A stretch of 64,000 nucleotides of DNA from positions 78,316 to 142,315 of the forward strand of contig JAACPI010000002.1 in assembly GCA_009995545.1 (NCBI GenBank). Direction: 5' to 3'. The position numbers and the translations under genes are program-made. Below are positions 28,160 to 39,007 of the stretch, one piece after another. Every line of letters begins with the position of its first letter. The first letter of the stretch is position 1. The notes below the pieces were generated by a model. It was given only the letters and a program-made list of their open reading frames with translations. It was not told the DNA's origin and searched no databases. This DNA is from a bacterium. GTDB lineage: Bacteria; Patescibacteriota; WWE3; 2-01-FULL-39-13; JAACPI01.

Positions 28160-28305
28160 TCTTATTTCTTATTACAGTAATCATAACTGGGGATTATATT
28201 AGCACAATATTGAAATAAAAAGAAAAAATATAAAAATACCCACTTCTACAAAGTAGAATTATCCGAAGGGAATAAAGCTGGTATGCTTATTAAATAGTTA
28301 GTGTT

Positions 28306-28773
28306 TTACCAACGAAAGTGAGAAAAAGCTTTGTTGCTTTCTGCCATCTTTTCGACATCCTCTCTCTTTTTTAGCGCAACAGAATTTTCACCTTTAACTA
28401 TGTTTGAGAATTCACTTGTAAGCTTTTCTGCAGTACTGGCACCTTTTCTTTTTCTAATAGCTTCTAATATCCACCTAATAGCTAAAGCTTGGGATCTTTC
28501 ATGTTTTAGTAAAACAGGTACTTGGTAAGTAGCACCACCAACTCTTTTGGATCTTACCTCTTGTTTAGGCATTACTTTTTTCATAACGTCCTCAAATATA
28601 ACTAGAGCTTCTTTGGGATCTTCGTGGAGACTCTCTAATGCAGTGTAAACTGCACTTTTGGCTTTACTCTTTTTTCCATCCAACATTAAGTAATTAATAA
28701 ATTTAGTTACTAATTTAGACTTATATATTGGGTCTGATTCTATGTTTCTTTTTACTGCTTTCTTTCCTCTCAT
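28306..28773 (-). CDS. rpsG: 30S ribosomal protein S7
   Basis: 155 aa. MRGKKAVKRNIESDPIYKSKLVTKFIN...AFSHFRW are classic S7 termini. Confidence 0.9.
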   Translation of the reverse strand: MRGKKAVKRNIESDPIYKSKLVTKFINYLMLDGKKSKAKSAVYTALESLHEDPKEALVIFEDVMKKVMPKQEVRSKRVGGATYQVPVLLKHERSQALAIRWILEAIRKRKGASTAEKLTSEFSNIVKGENSVALKKREDVEKMAESNKAFSHFRW

Positions 28774-28800
28774 GTTTGTTTAATTAAAATAATAAATTAT

Positions 28801-29214
28801 TTATTCTTTAGGTTTTTTAGTACCGTATAAAGATCTACCTTGTCTTCGTTTTTCAACTCCTTGGGTATCTAAAGTTCCTCTTACAATTGTATATTTAACA
28901 CCACCTAAATCCTGTATTTTTCCACCCTTTATAAGTACTACAGAGTGCTCTTGTAGGTTATGGCCTTCTCCAGGAATATAAGCTGTAACTTCTCTACCGT
29001 TAGATAATCTAACCCTAGCAACTTTACGCAAAGCCGAATTAGGCTTTCTTGGAGTCATTGTTTTAACCGTAATACATACTCCCCTTTTAAAAGGTGCGTT
29101 AAGTTTTTTTCTTCTATTGTGTAAAGATGAAAATATTTCAGACAAAGCAACTGTCTTGTCTTTTTTATTTATCTTTTTTCTAGGTTTTCTTATCAACTGG
29201 TTTATAGTTGGCAT
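28801..29214 (-). CDS. rpsL: 30S ribosomal protein S12
   Basis: 137 aa. [14 protein letters not shown]..., [16 protein letters not shown]. Confidence 0.92.
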   Translation of the reverse strand: MPTINQLIRKPRKKINKKDKTVALSEIFSSLHNRRKKLNAPFKRGVCITVKTMTPRKPNSALRKVARVRLSNGREVTAYIPGEGHNLQEHSVVLIKGGKIQDLGGVKYTIVRGTLDTQGVEKRRQGRSLYGTKKPKE

Positions 29215-29229
29215 AAATACGATCTAAAT

Positions 29230-32200
29230 TTATTCTTGACTGACTGGCTCAGAAACTCTGCTAAGTCTTTCTAGGGAGGCTTGATAACCTGTACCTACTG
29301 GAATTTTCCTACCTATTATCACATTTTCCTTTAATCCGCGCAATTCATCTGTTAAACCCCTAGTTGCTGCATCAGTTAAAACTCTTACAGTTTCCTGAAA
29401 AGAAGCTGCTGATAAAAAGCTATCGGTTTTCAACGATGACTTAGAAATACCCAGTAATACTACTCTAGCCTTTGCAGGAGTTCCACCTTCTGCAATAATA
29501 CTTTCGTTAATTCCTTGTAGAGTGTCTTCTCCTAGTACTTCTCCTCTTAACATTTCAGAGTCCCCCGATTCTACAACCTCGGCCTTGCTAAACATTTGTT
29601 TAACCATTATTTCTAAATGTTTATCATCTAATAAAACTCCTTGTGAAGAATATACTTTTTGAATTTCTTCAATAATATAAGCTTCGGTTTGTTTTATACC
29701 CACAGAGTTAAATAGGTCATTTAAATTTAGATAACCCAAAGTTAGGGCGTCACCTACATTTACTAATTGACCTTCCTTTACTACTATTTCAGATAAAGGA
29801 TCTACGTTATAGTCAACAAAAGGTAAATCGGCACTCTTATCAATAGAAACTATCTTAAGAGTCTTTTCACCATTTTCTTTTTCTTCAATCTTAACTTTAC
29901 CAGAAATTTCTGCCATCACTGCAGTAGCTTTAGGAGATCTTGCTTCAAATATTTCTTCTACTCTTGGTAATCCAGAGGTAATATCTTTACCTGCAATTCC
30001 ACCAGAGTGAAAAGTTTTCATCGTAAGCTGTGTTCCTGGCTCACCAATTGCTTGTGCGGCTATTATTCCTGCTGCGGTACCTATTTCAATATCTTTTTTG
30101 GTACTTAAGTCATGACCATAACATTTTGCACAAATACCATGTTTTGTCTGACAAGTTAAAGGAGATCTAACTTCTACTTGTTCTACATTTGAAGATACTA
30201 ATTTTTCAGCAACCTCTTTTGTAATAAGTTCAGCAGCTTTGGCTACTACTTTACCTGCGGGGTCTAGAGCATCCTTAGATAAATATCTACTGGTAACTCT
30301 TTCAGAGAAGTCGGACAAAGATGTTTTATCTGTAGACCTAACCACCCTACCCTCGGTAGAACCACAATCTATTTCGTGTACAACCACATCTTGTGCTACG
30401 TCAACTAATCTACGGGTTAAGTAACCTGCATCAGCTGTTTTTAATCCCTTGTCTGTTAAACCTTTTCGAGCTCCTCTAGCAGCATTAAAACACTCAAACC
30501 CACTTAAACCTAATCGATAGTTACTTCTTATTGGTAAGTCTACTAGTCTTCCGTTAGGATCTTGTACCAAACCTTTCATACCACCAATTTGTTTAATCTG
30601 AGCTTGGCTTGCTTTACCTGCTCCTGCGGTAACCATTATTTTCATTGGGTTATCTTCTTCTAGATTATCCCAAGTCTTAACATCTAGTTCGTCAGTAGCC
30701 TTTATCCACTCTCCTTGAGAAAGGGACCTTAGCTCCTCCTTAGTTATTAAACCTCTAAAATAGTTTTGTTCAATCACAGCAATTTTCTTTTCAGCCTCAT
30801 TAATAATATCTTCTCTTTCAGGAATCATCTCTACGTCAGAAATGGATACAGATAAGCCAGATTTAGTACCATATAAAAACCCTAAGGTTTTAATGGCATC
30901 CAAAAATTTAGCGGTCGCCTCGGTACCGTATTCCATAAGTATTTCAACAGCTAAGTCTTTAAACTTATTCTTTTCTACAATCGTATTAACAAATTTATGA
31001 CCTTCAGGAAATACTTCGTTAGTTAGTATTCTACCTGCAGAAGTTATAACGGTTTCTGTATCATCAATTCTGTAATTTATAGCCTCGGTTAAAGAGATAG
31101 ATTCTCCCTGTAAAGCCATCAAAGCTTCTGCCTTGGTATAAACTTTTTTAGTTCTAGGGGTCTCGTTATCCATTTTAGTTAGATAAAAAGTACCTAAATA
31201 CATATCTCTAGTTGCAATAGCTACAAAATCGCCTGCTGCAGGCTTTAAAAAGTTTTGGGTAGCCATTACATAAGTTTTTATTTCGTTAACAGCATCTTCA
31301 GAAATAGGTAAATGGATAGCCATTTGGTCACCATCGAAGTCAGCGTTAAAACCTACTACCACCAAAGGATGTAACCTAATAGCATTACCTTCGATAAGTT
31401 TTGGATAAAAACCCTGAATACCTAACTTATGTAAAGTAGGTGCTCGGTTAAGCAACACAGGCCTTTCTTTAACTACGTCTTCTAAAACATCCCATACTAC
31501 CTCTTCTCCGTCATCTACTAAAATTCTAGCGGTTTTTATATTTGGCGCATGTCCTCTCATTAAAAGTTCTCTTAAGATAAAAGGTTTAAATAGCTCTACA
31601 GCCATCTTTTTAGGAACACCGCACTCATTAATCTTTAATTCTGGACCCACAACAATAACAGCTCTTCCGGAATAATCAACACGTTTTCCAAGTAAGTTCT
31701 GTCTAAACCTTCCTTGCTTACCCTTTATCATATCTGATAAAGATTTTAATTGCTTGGTACCTCGATTAATTCTATTAGTTCTTCTACTCTTGTTTGCATC
31801 AATTAAAGCATCCACAGACTCCTGAAGCATTCTCTTTTCGTTTCTAACAATAATATCGGGAGCCCCAATATTTAATAGTTTTTTAAGTCGGTTGTTTCTG
31901 TTTATAACTCTTCTGTACAAATCGTTTAAGTCGCTAGTTGCAAATCTACCACCATCTAACTGCACCATAGGTCTTAAGTCGGGTGGTGTTACTGCAATAA
32001 CTTCGGTGATCATCCATGAAGGATTTAACGAAGCTTTTCTAAAGCCCTCTACAATCTTTAGTCTTTTTGAAATCTTTATAATATTTTGGCCTTTAGCTAC
32101 TAAAAGATCTTTTTTTAATTGACCCGCTAGTTCTGTTAAGTCCATGGAGTCTAAAATCTCTTTAATAGCCTCCGCGCCGATTTTTACCTTAGAAAAGGCT

Positions 32201-32970
32201 TGGATATAATCATCCATAGAATAATATTCAGCATCAGTCATGATAGAAAGTCTATCCATTGACTCGATTTTCTTTTTGTTTCTATTAAGCTGTTTTTCTG
32301 CTTTTTCTTGCTCTTTAGGTAATTTTCTTAAAAGTCTTTTATTTTTAGCATCGTTTTTAGCAGTAAGCTCTTTAATCTTTAAATCTTTCTTTTTAGCATC
32401 TTTAATATCTAATTTTTCTATCTCTTCTGCCAATTCTTTATTAAACATTTCTATCTCTTCTTCCAATTGTTTTTTAACATCTTCTCTTACAGAAACAATC
32501 TCTTCTTCAATACCAGACAAAACCTCTGCTTTTTTGTCGTAATCTACTTCGGTTAGAATAAAAGATGAAAAATATATTACAGCTTCTAAATTTTTAGGGG
32601 AAACATCTAACAAGGTAGCTAATTTAGAAGGAATACCCTTAAAGTACCAAATGTGAACCACTGGAGCAGATAAATCTATATGTCCCATACGTTCTCTTCT
32701 TACTCTAGCTGCGATAACTTCAACACCACATTTATCACAAATAACTCCCTTGTATCTAATACCTTTGTACTTACCACAAGAACATGCGTAATCTTGAACC
32801 GGACCAAAAATCTTTTCGTCGAAAAGTCCGTCTCTTTCGGGTTTAAAAGTTCGATAATTTATTGTCTCAGGTTTTGTAACCTCGCCAAAAGACCAACTTC
32901 TTATTTCCTCTGGACTAGCAAGAGTGATTTTTAAAGCATCTAGATTTGCTAATTTGTTTAGATCTAACAT
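29230..32970 (-). CDS. rpoC: DNA-directed RNA polymerase subunit beta'
   Basis: 1246 aa. Zn-finger CSCGKYKGIRYKGVICDKCGVEV, catalytic NADFDGDQM. Confidence 0.95.
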   Translation of the reverse strand: MLDLNKLANLDALKITLASPEEIRSWSFGEVTKPETINYRTFKPERDGLFDEKIFGPVQDYACSCGKYKGIRYKGVICDKCGVEVIAARVRRERMGHIDLSAPVVHIWYFKGIPSKLATLLDVSPKNLEAVIYFSSFILTEVDYDKKAEVLSGIEEEIVSVREDVKKQLEEEIEMFNKELAEEIEKLDIKDAKKKDLKIKELTAKNDAKNKRLLRKLPKEQEKAEKQLNRNKKKIESMDRLSIMTDAEYYSMDDYIQAFSKVKIGAEAIKEILDSMDLTELAGQLKKDLLVAKGQNIIKISKRLKIVEGFRKASLNPSWMITEVIAVTPPDLRPMVQLDGGRFATSDLNDLYRRVINRNNRLKKLLNIGAPDIIVRNEKRMLQESVDALIDANKSRRTNRINRGTKQLKSLSDMIKGKQGRFRQNLLGKRVDYSGRAVIVVGPELKINECGVPKKMAVELFKPFILRELLMRGHAPNIKTARILVDDGEEVVWDVLEDVVKERPVLLNRAPTLHKLGIQGFYPKLIEGNAIRLHPLVVVGFNADFDGDQMAIHLPISEDAVNEIKTYVMATQNFLKPAAGDFVAIATRDMYLGTFYLTKMDNETPRTKKVYTKAEALMALQGESISLTEAINYRIDDTETVITSAGRILTNEVFPEGHKFVNTIVEKNKFKDLAVEILMEYGTEATAKFLDAIKTLGFLYGTKSGLSVSISDVEMIPEREDIINEAEKKIAVIEQNYFRGLITKEELRSLSQGEWIKATDELDVKTWDNLEEDNPMKIMVTAGAGKASQAQIKQIGGMKGLVQDPNGRLVDLPIRSNYRLGLSGFECFNAARGARKGLTDKGLKTADAGYLTRRLVDVAQDVVVHEIDCGSTEGRVVRSTDKTSLSDFSERVTSRYLSKDALDPAGKVVAKAAELITKEVAEKLVSSNVEQVEVRSPLTCQTKHGICAKCYGHDLSTKKDIEIGTAAGIIAAQAIGEPGTQLTMKTFHSGGIAGKDITSGLPRVEEIFEARSPKATAVMAEISGKVKIEEKENGEKTLKIVSIDKSADLPFVDYNVDPLSEIVVKEGQLVNVGDALTLGYLNLNDLFNSVGIKQTEAYIIEEIQKVYSSQGVLLDDKHLEIMVKQMFSKAEVVESGDSEMLRGEVLGEDTLQGINESIIAEGGTPAKARVVLLGISKSSLKTDSFLSAASFQETVRVLTDAATRGLTDELRGLKENVIIGRKIPVGTGYQASLERLSRVSEPVSQE

Positions 32971-32971
32971 A

Positions 32972-35900
32972 TTACTTCTCCTCCTTGGAAACTTGTTTAG
33001 ACTTTTCTTTTTTTACCGACTTCTCTTTTGCAGGTTCTACATCTAAAGCGACTTCTGGTTCTACAGTCTCTGCTGCAGCTTCTTCAGATTCTACAGAGGT
33101 CTCTTCAACCACTGGAGCCACTTTTTTAATTGCAGTAAAGGACAAACCCAACCCGTTCAATTCTCTTATTAATAATTTAAAAGACTCAGGTAAATTAGGA
33201 GCTGAAATCTTTTCTCCTTTTAGAATTGATCTCATTGCCTTGTTTCTACCTTCCATATCGTCTGATTTTATAGTCAGCATCTCTTGTAAGGCACTAGAAA
33301 CTCCATAAGCTTCCATTGCCCAAACTTCCATTTCTCCAAATCTCTGGCCACCAAATTGTGCTTTTCCTCCCAAAGGTTGTTGAGTAATTAAAGAGTAAGG
33401 ACCTGTGCTTCTAGCATGTACTTTACCCTCACTCATATGGTGAAGTTTTAATACATACTGATTTCCAACTAAAACTGGCATAAAATAAGGCTCACCAGTT
33501 CTACCATCAATTAAAGTTTCTTTACCAGATACAGGTAACCCAGCACTTTTTAAAGCATTTTCAAGATCTTCTTCTGTAAATTTAGTAAAGGAGGGTATAT
33601 CAAATCTTTTTCCAGTTCTTTCTGCTACCCACCCAAGTGAAGTTTCTATCAATTGTCCGACATTCATACGACCTATAACTGAAGTGGCTGAGATAACTAT
33701 ATCTACAGGTTGACCATCTTTAGTATGAGGCATATCTTCAATAGGAACTACTTTAGAAATTACACCTTTGTTACCAAATCTGTTAGATAATTTATCACCA
33801 ATTCCAATTTTTCGAAGGCTAGCTATGTAAACAGTTACTTCTCTAATTACTCCCGTGGACATTTCTTCTTTTTCTTCTCTAGTAAATTCTTTTACACCAA
33901 TTACAACACCACTTTCTCCATGAGGTACTCTTAAAGATACATCTTTAACTTCTTTTGCTTTTTCTCCAAAAATAGCTCTTAGTAACCTTTCTTCAGCAGA
34001 AAGTTCAATTTCACCTCTTGGCTGAATTATACCTACTAAAAGGTCTCCAGAAGAAACTCTGGATCCTACTGTTACAACACCGTTTTCATCTAAGTTTCTT
34101 AAATGATAGTCTGGAACCCCTGGAATATCTCTAGTAACCTCTTCTGGACCTAGTTTAGTTTCCTGAACCTGCACAGAGTGGTCGTGCACTGTTATAGAAG
34201 TAAGAAGGTCATCTTTTACTACCCTTTCTGAGATTACAATGGCATCTTCATAGTTGTATCCATCCCAAATCATATAGGCAACACGAAGGTTAGCCCCAAT
34301 TGCTAATTTTCCATCACTACTATCAACGTTTTCGGCTAATAGGTCACCTTTACTAACTTTTTGACCAAGATTTACAACAGGTCTAAAGTTAATTGCGGTA
34401 TCCGAGTTGCTCTGTTGATAAGTATCTAACTGATATTCAGCATTTTTATTATTAGAATCTTTGACTATTATTTGATCAGCATCTACAGAAACCACAGTTC
34501 CGGCAACGTCACTTCTTAAAGTGGCGAAAGCATTGTCTGCAGCAGCTGACTCTAAACCAGTACCTACAAAAGGTGCCTCGGGTCTAACCAAAGGAACAGC
34601 CTGAGTAGTTTGCTGACAAGCAACAGAAGACCTCATAGGGTCGTTGTTTGCAACAAAAGGTATTAAACCAGAAACCAAGCCTAAAATTTGATTTGGAACT
34701 ACGTCCATATATTCTGCGTCTAAAACAGAACCCAGTCTAAATTCTTCACCTTTTCGTAAAGGAACTCTTTCGTCTGTAATAAAACCTTTTTCATCAATAT
34801 TCACAGAAGCGTCTGTGATAGACAAGTTTCTTTCATCGTAGGCGGCCATATAACCAACTTCGTCAGTTAGTTTGATTCTATCTCCAACTTTTTCCAATTT
34901 TCTGTAAGGGGTTTCTAAAAATCCAAATTCATTCACTTTAGAATACATACCAAGGTACACATTTAAACCAACATTAGGACCTTCTGGAGTATGTATGGGA
35001 TCAATTCTTCCATACTGGGAATAATGTACGTCTCGTACTGCAAAACTAGCCCTTTCTCTAGTTAAACCACCTGGACCTAAAACAGTAAGTCTTCTCATTA
35101 AATTTAAAGTACTTAAAGCATTGTATTGATCTGGGTATTGGGTTAACTGTCCACTAGCAAAGAAAGATTGAATTTTTGCGGCTACAGGTCTTGTAGAAAT
35201 TAGTCTTGAGATTTCGGGCAAAAGTTCCCTAGGCTCTAAAGACATTCTTTCTCTTATATTCCTTTCCATTTGTATAAAACCAACTCTTACCTGCTGTTGT
35301 AGTAATTCTCCAACACTTTTAACTCTTCTGTTGGACAAATCATCTACTATGTCGTATTCACCGATATTATTTGCCAATCGTAGCATTTTTTTAACTATCA
35401 ATAAGATGTCATCTTTAGTTAAAACTCTGCTGGAGTTTTTACTGTCTTCTAAGCCAACTGACTGGTTCAACTTAAATCTTCCTACTTTTCCTAGGTTGTA
35501 TCTTTTGGTATTAAAAAAAGTACTTTCGATTAAAGCTTTAGCATTTTCAAGTATTTCTGGCTCACCAGGTCGTAATCTTGAATATATGTCTATAATTGCT
35601 TCGTTATAACTGTTGGTTTGGTCTCTTTCTAGGGTATTCTCTATATAGGATACATCTCCTGTATCAGAATCTTCAAAAGCTTTTCTAATTTGGTCATCTG
35701 TCTCTAAACCAAAAACTCTGAGTAAGATAGTTAAAGGAAATTTTCTTCTTTTATCAATTTTTACATTTAAAACATTAGTTTTAGAAATATCCATTTCTAA
35801 CCAAGCTCCGTATTTGGGTAAAACTTTAACTACAGGATTAATTCTCCCTTTAGCTTTATCAATGTCTTCTAAATAAAGAATTCCGTAAGATCTAGTGAGC

Positions 35901-36277
35901 TGGTTTATAACAACTTTTTCTACACCGTTAATAATAAAAGTGCCTTTTGGAGACATAAGAGGAACTTCTCCCATATACTGTTCCGAAGTTTTCTTTTGTT
36001 TAGTCCCTTCTTTTTCTAAAGTTACTTGCAAATACCAACCTGCATTATAAGTTACTCCTTTATTTAAGGCTTCTTTGTAAGAGAGTGCAGGTCTATCTAC
36101 CCGGGGATTTGAAAAGCTTAATATCCACTGCCTACCTGTAAAGTCAGCTATAGGGTTAACTTCGTCAAGTATTTCTGCAATACCTTCTGTAAAGAACCAC
36201 TTATAGGAGTCTTTTTGAATTTTAGTTAAATCGGGTAGAGGGAAAGAAAATTTGGGTGATTGCTTTGATTTAGGCAT
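32972..36277 (-). CDS. rpoB: DNA-directed RNA polymerase subunit beta
   Basis: 1101 aa. Conserved blocks GPGGLTRERASFAVRDVH, NRFGNKGVISKV and others. 1-nt spacing to rpoC. Confidence 0.95.
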   Translation of the reverse strand: MPKSKQSPKFSFPLPDLTKIQKDSYKWFFTEGIAEILDEVNPIADFTGRQWILSFSNPRVDRPALSYKEALNKGVTYNAGWYLQVTLEKEGTKQKKTSEQYMGEVPLMSPKGTFIINGVEKVVINQLTRSYGILYLEDIDKAKGRINPVVKVLPKYGAWLEMDISKTNVLNVKIDKRRKFPLTILLRVFGLETDDQIRKAFEDSDTGDVSYIENTLERDQTNSYNEAIIDIYSRLRPGEPEILENAKALIESTFFNTKRYNLGKVGRFKLNQSVGLEDSKNSSRVLTKDDILLIVKKMLRLANNIGEYDIVDDLSNRRVKSVGELLQQQVRVGFIQMERNIRERMSLEPRELLPEISRLISTRPVAAKIQSFFASGQLTQYPDQYNALSTLNLMRRLTVLGPGGLTRERASFAVRDVHYSQYGRIDPIHTPEGPNVGLNVYLGMYSKVNEFGFLETPYRKLEKVGDRIKLTDEVGYMAAYDERNLSITDASVNIDEKGFITDERVPLRKGEEFRLGSVLDAEYMDVVPNQILGLVSGLIPFVANNDPMRSSVACQQTTQAVPLVRPEAPFVGTGLESAAADNAFATLRSDVAGTVVSVDADQIIVKDSNNKNAEYQLDTYQQSNSDTAINFRPVVNLGQKVSKGDLLAENVDSSDGKLAIGANLRVAYMIWDGYNYEDAIVISERVVKDDLLTSITVHDHSVQVQETKLGPEEVTRDIPGVPDYHLRNLDENGVVTVGSRVSSGDLLVGIIQPRGEIELSAEERLLRAIFGEKAKEVKDVSLRVPHGESGVVIGVKEFTREEKEEMSTGVIREVTVYIASLRKIGIGDKLSNRFGNKGVISKVVPIEDMPHTKDGQPVDIVISATSVIGRMNVGQLIETSLGWVAERTGKRFDIPSFTKFTEEDLENALKSAGLPVSGKETLIDGRTGEPYFMPVLVGNQYVLKLHHMSEGKVHARSTGPYSLITQQPLGGKAQFGGQRFGEMEVWAMEAYGVSSALQEMLTIKSDDMEGRNKAMRSILKGEKISAPNLPESFKLLIRELNGLGLSFTAIKKVAPVVEETSVESEEAAAETVEPEVALDVEPAKEKSVKKEKSKQVSKEEK

Positions 36278-36471
36278 ATACAGTACCAGTCTATAATTTT
36301 TAAAATTTAGTTAATAGGTTACCTAGCTTTGACCTTATTTGAGGCGAAAAGACCGCTTTGACGAAGGAAAAGTTACCAAAAAATACACGCATTGTCAAAC
36401 AATTGGTATAGGGAATATATAAAATACGCTAAATTATTATGTGATGTTTATGTAAGTACAACCTCTGTATT

Positions 36472-37494
36472 CTACAAGAACCTTTGTATATTTTCAATAT
36501 GTTGATCTAAAGTCACTGCGTAATAGGCCTTGCCCAATTTATCGTGTAAATAGTAGTAATATGGGCTATTTTTAGCCTTTACAACAGCGTCTATTGACTT
36601 AATAGAGGGGTTAGATATTGGAGTAGGGGGAAGGCCTACCTTACCCCTTGTATTGTAAACACTCTCGCTTTTTAGCTGGTCTGTAGTAAGGGTTTTTGGC
36701 CAAAAATTAATCTCGCAGAGTTCTTGAATACACTGCTCAAAGTCTGCTTGAGAAATTATGCTAGAAGCATACTGAGAAGTGGCATCAGCATCTAAAGGCA
36801 TCCCCTCTTGGTATCTTTTTATTAATATTCCAGCTATTAAGGGCAAGTCGTCTCCTCCATTTGTTTCTCTTTCTAAAATGGAAGCTAAAACTATAACTTC
36901 ATTTTCGGTTAAATTAGGGTTCAAATTTAGTAGGTCTAATGTTTTATCTTTAAAAGTTTTGAGTTGTAAATCAACCAAAGATGTTGCTAAGGTATTTGCA
37001 TCTATAAAATAGGTGTCTGGAAACAATTGACCCTCAAAGTCTTTTGCTGCTAAATAATAGTTCCAAGCAAATTCTTTATTAACAGTTTTAGCCAGGTAAA
37101 GGGCTGACTCCTCTACTCGCCACCCTTCAATAAAGGTAACCCTAGAAAGAATAGAACCGTCTTGAAACCCAGATAAAATCTTTAGGTAGGGTGTATTTTG
37201 TTTAAAAACGTAGTTTCCTGCCTCAACCGAAGTATTTTTATTTAAAATATAATAAAGTCTTATATAAAGTTCCTGGATTTTAGAAACAGACTGTTCTTTT
37301 GTAAAAAGTTGGTATATTTGAGACTTGGGGGTACCTGTAGGGATGCTAAGCTCTAGCTTGGATTCAATCTGAGAGTTTAAAAATCTTTGATAATTCAGCC
37401 AAAAAGATATACCTAAAATAAAAACGGTTATTAAAGGAAGAATGATTAAAAGTAACTTTTTTTTAGGCATGCAGGTATTGTATACCGCAACCAA
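36472..37494 (-). CDS. mltG: Endolytic murein transglycosylase MltG (YceG-like)
   Basis: 340 aa. N-terminal TM. NTRGKVGLPPTPISNPS...PYYYYLHDKLGKAYYAVTLDQH matches the YceG C-terminal signature. Confidence 0.8.
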   Translation of the reverse strand: MVAVYNTCMPKKKLLLIILPLITVFILGISFWLNYQRFLNSQIESKLELSIPTGTPKSQIYQLFTKEQSVSKIQELYIRLYYILNKNTSVEAGNYVFKQNTPYLKILSGFQDGSILSRVTFIEGWRVEESALYLAKTVNKEFAWNYYLAAKDFEGQLFPDTYFIDANTLATSLVDLQLKTFKDKTLDLLNLNPNLTENEVIVLASILERETNGGDDLPLIAGILIKRYQEGMPLDADATSQYASSIISQADFEQCIQELCEINFWPKTLTTDQLKSESVYNTRGKVGLPPTPISNPSIKSIDAVVKAKNSPYYYYLHDKLGKAYYAVTLDQHIENIQRFL

Positions 37495-37508
37495 GTCAAC
37501 TTACAAAT

Positions 37509-38204
37509 TTAACGATGGGAAACAACATAGTAAGTATTCGACTTGTTATTTTTACCATCTGCCTCAAAAGAGGAATCTGGCTTAAAACCTGCCTCGCTCA
37601 ATATAAAAGACACCTCTTTATTACTATAAAGGTGGCAATAACGTGAGGCACTCCCATTATCCCAACCCAAAAAATAATCCCCATCCTCAAGATCCCCCTC
37701 TTCAAATACCCCCTCTAATTGTCTTTTAGCCTTATTAAAAGTACTCAAGGTATTAAAGTTCCAGGTTGTAAATATAAATTTACCATTATTGCTAAGTAAT
37801 TTTCCAACTTGATTAAACCACTTAACTCTAAGCTTTAGGCTTGGTAAATGATGAGTAAAACCAAAGCAGGTAATTAAATCGTATTTATTTTCTACTTTTT
37901 CTAAGTCTGAAACGGCATCAATATTAAACAGCTTAAAACTGTTTAAAAAATTTTGTTTATAGTAATTTACAAAATCTTTGGAGTTCTCTAAGGCCGAGTA
38001 ACTTCCACCAAAATTTAGCGAACTTAAATATTCAAAAAGTCGATAATTTCCCGCGGCGATATCTAATACTTTAGAATAATCGTTAAACTTGATATTTTTC
38101 CAACCTTCTCTAAAATGCTTATTTTTTAGATCAAATTCTTGGCTATTTATGCTGTAGAAATTGGCAGTAAGTTCGACAAGTTTTTTTACTGTTTGTTTGT
38201 TCAT
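37509..38204 (-). CDS. Class I SAM-dependent methyltransferase
   Basis: 231 aa. VLDIAAGNYRL (motif I) and DLITCFGFTHHL (motif II-like). Confidence 0.5.
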   Translation of the reverse strand: MNKQTVKKLVELTANFYSINSQEFDLKNKHFREGWKNIKFNDYSKVLDIAAGNYRLFEYLSSLNFGGSYSALENSKDFVNYYKQNFLNSFKLFNIDAVSDLEKVENKYDLITCFGFTHHLPSLKLRVKWFNQVGKLLSNNGKFIFTTWNFNTLSTFNKAKRQLEGVFEEGDLEDGDYFLGWDNGSASRYCHLYSNKEVSFILSEAGFKPDSSFEADGKNNKSNTYYVVSHR

Positions 38205-38319
38205 AACTCAAAGATACCAAGATACTGGATCCTCCGCTACGCTCAGGATGATTAAAAAGAAGGGTTTGTCATTCTGAAAGATTGTAACGAAGGAGAAGTC
38301 TATCCAGAAATTAAAATAC

Positions 38320-38934
38320 TTACTGGTTTCGTCTTAACACATACAGATCGGTATAATTGCCTTTAGCATATTTGAACTTATTTCGTAACCTCTCTAATAC
38401 CTTAAAGTATTCAGAATATAACTCTCCCACCTCGTTTGGGGACAGGGATCGAGCTATATTAGAGGGTGTTTCAGAGTCCTTAGCGTATACATTCATAATC
38501 AAATAGCCCCCAGGTTTACTTAGTTTATAAATCTCTTTTATATAACTACGCATCTGAGTACTATTTAAGAAATGAGAGGTAAATAGATCTAATGTTACAT
38601 CAAATCTTTTATTTCTAAGCAGGTAAACTTTATTCAAATCCCTAATATCGGCGCAGATAAAACTAACTTTGCTGGTTTTTTTCACAGCCTCCCTAATTGC
38701 TACGCTAGAAATATCAACTGCAAAAACTTTAAATCCTAATTTTTCAAGAAAAAAAGACTTATCCCCATAACCACAACCTAAATCAAGTGCTAATCCATCT
38801 TTAATGTTATATTTAAAAAATAAACTTTTTAGAATATTTTGCCTTGCACCCGACCAAGGGGCCTCCCCCTTAAATCTCCTATACTGCCTATTCCAAACAA
38901 ATCTATATCTCCCAAACAGTTTATCTAAATCCAT
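38320..38934 (-). CDS. Class I SAM-dependent methyltransferase
   Basis: 204 aa. ALDLGCGYGDKSFFLEKLGFKVFAVDIS (motif I + acidic loop). Confidence 0.6.
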   Translation of the reverse strand: MDLDKLFGRYRFVWNRQYRRFKGEAPWSGARQNILKSLFFKYNIKDGLALDLGCGYGDKSFFLEKLGFKVFAVDISSVAIREAVKKTSKVSFICADIRDLNKVYLLRNKRFDVTLDLFTSHFLNSTQMRSYIKEIYKLSKPGGYLIMNVYAKDSETPSNIARSLSPNEVGELYSEYFKVLERLRNKFKYAKGNYTDLYVLRRNQ

Positions 38935-39007
38935 ACTTTGATTTTAGCATTTTTCAAAAACTGGACGTCTTGCGCTGGGGGTTGTTTTTCGTTGTATAAT
39001 CATCCCT

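Noticed and set aside
29230-36277. Many 60-120-aa ORFs on the plus strand inside rpoC/rpoB (30239..30424, 31892..32122, 32240..32542, 32680..32934, 32946..33308, 35331..35609)
   Set aside because: They are antisense shadow ORFs within very highly conserved genes. They are low-complexity Ser/Leu/Phe-rich translations typical of the complement of AT-rich coding DNA.
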